Assembly: GCF_006345805.1 (NCBI RefSeq)
Contig: NW_021828374.1
Span: 1 to 8,635 of the forward strand
Reading direction: 5' to 3'
Length of the DNA stretch: 8,635 nt
Source: Octopus sinensis
Taxonomy: Eukaryota
The stretch's first letter is position 1, and every line of letters starts with the position of its first letter. Below, in pieces: positions 8,558 to 8,635 of the stretch. A model generated the notes under the pieces. That model searched no databases and was not told the origin of the DNA. It saw nothing but the letters and a program-made list of their open reading frames with translations. Both the position numbers and the translations under genes were made by a program.

Positions 8558-8613
8558 GGCGGTGCCCCAGCATGGCGACAGCTCATCAGCTGAAACTAGA
8601 ATCAATCAATCAA
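8558..8613 (+). other. LINE B 3'-terminal recognition region: GGCGGTGC..CATGGC..hairpin CAGCT-CATC-AGCTG, GAAAC, (AATC)3
   Basis: The hairpin spans 8579-8592 and GAAAC spans 8592-8596. The same architecture is present at the LINE A 3' end. Confidence 0.7.
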
Positions 8614-8635
8614 ATATATGTATATATATATATAT
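8614..8635. repeat. (TA)n microsatellite running off the window end
   Basis: Direct inspection. It abuts the LINE B tail. Confidence 0.9.

Larger units (their letters stand above)
6763..8613 (+). mobile_element. 5'-truncated CR1-type LINE (family B): linker, full RT domain, thumb, 3' UTR and (AATC)n tail
   Basis: One reading frame gives FQISNPTDFF...IKEEDVIKAIDEMKTDSAIGPDGF...PIHKGGS....NYRPISLTSHISKVMERIV...QHGFRPGRSCLTQLL...IYLDFAKAFDKVDH...KNRS*(7408-7410)...SGVPQGTVLGPLLF...YADD (7621-7632)...VRDLG...SHFDYCSQLWSP...SLERRRERY...ES*(8236-8238)...GPQLFNILP...FKMKLDLFLSGVPDEP. The tail is AATCAATCAATCAA at 8600-8613. Confidence 0.94.

Noticed and set aside
8235-8573. 112-aa minus-strand ORF (also 6635-6817 plus and 5599-5829 plus)
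   Set aside because: These are antisense shadows of LINE coding sequence.
5560-8613. Classical single-element twin-priming inversion, or a DNA transposon with terminal inverted repeats
   Set aside because: The two arms overlap in RT coordinates, differ in sequence and have different tails. There are no TIRs.

Overview
This is a eukaryotic, repeat-derived window with no recognisable host gene, and it is probably from an octopus. That assignment rests on my recollection of the SINE family and is an inference. Left to right it contains: (1) a decayed RTE-clade LINE endonuclease (minus, ~12-548); (2) an unexplained purine-rich mosaic of short repeats (~780-2150); (3) an internally deleted Penelope-like RT remnant (2174-2793); (4) a ~1.7 kb degenerate (TA)n array; (5) a full tRNA-derived SINE (5061-5218) with a (TA)n tail; and (6) two different 5'-truncated CR1-type LINEs fused head-to-head at ~6760. 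Each of the two LINEs has an intact 3' end (hairpin, GAAAC, short tandem tail) abutting (TA)n. The plus-strand LINE carries an 82-nt antisense SINE fragment that closely matches the nearby SINE and keeps the RT frame. I see no evidence of a new protein-coding system. The interesting signals concern how retroelements inserted, and were repaired, at a TA-rich locus.
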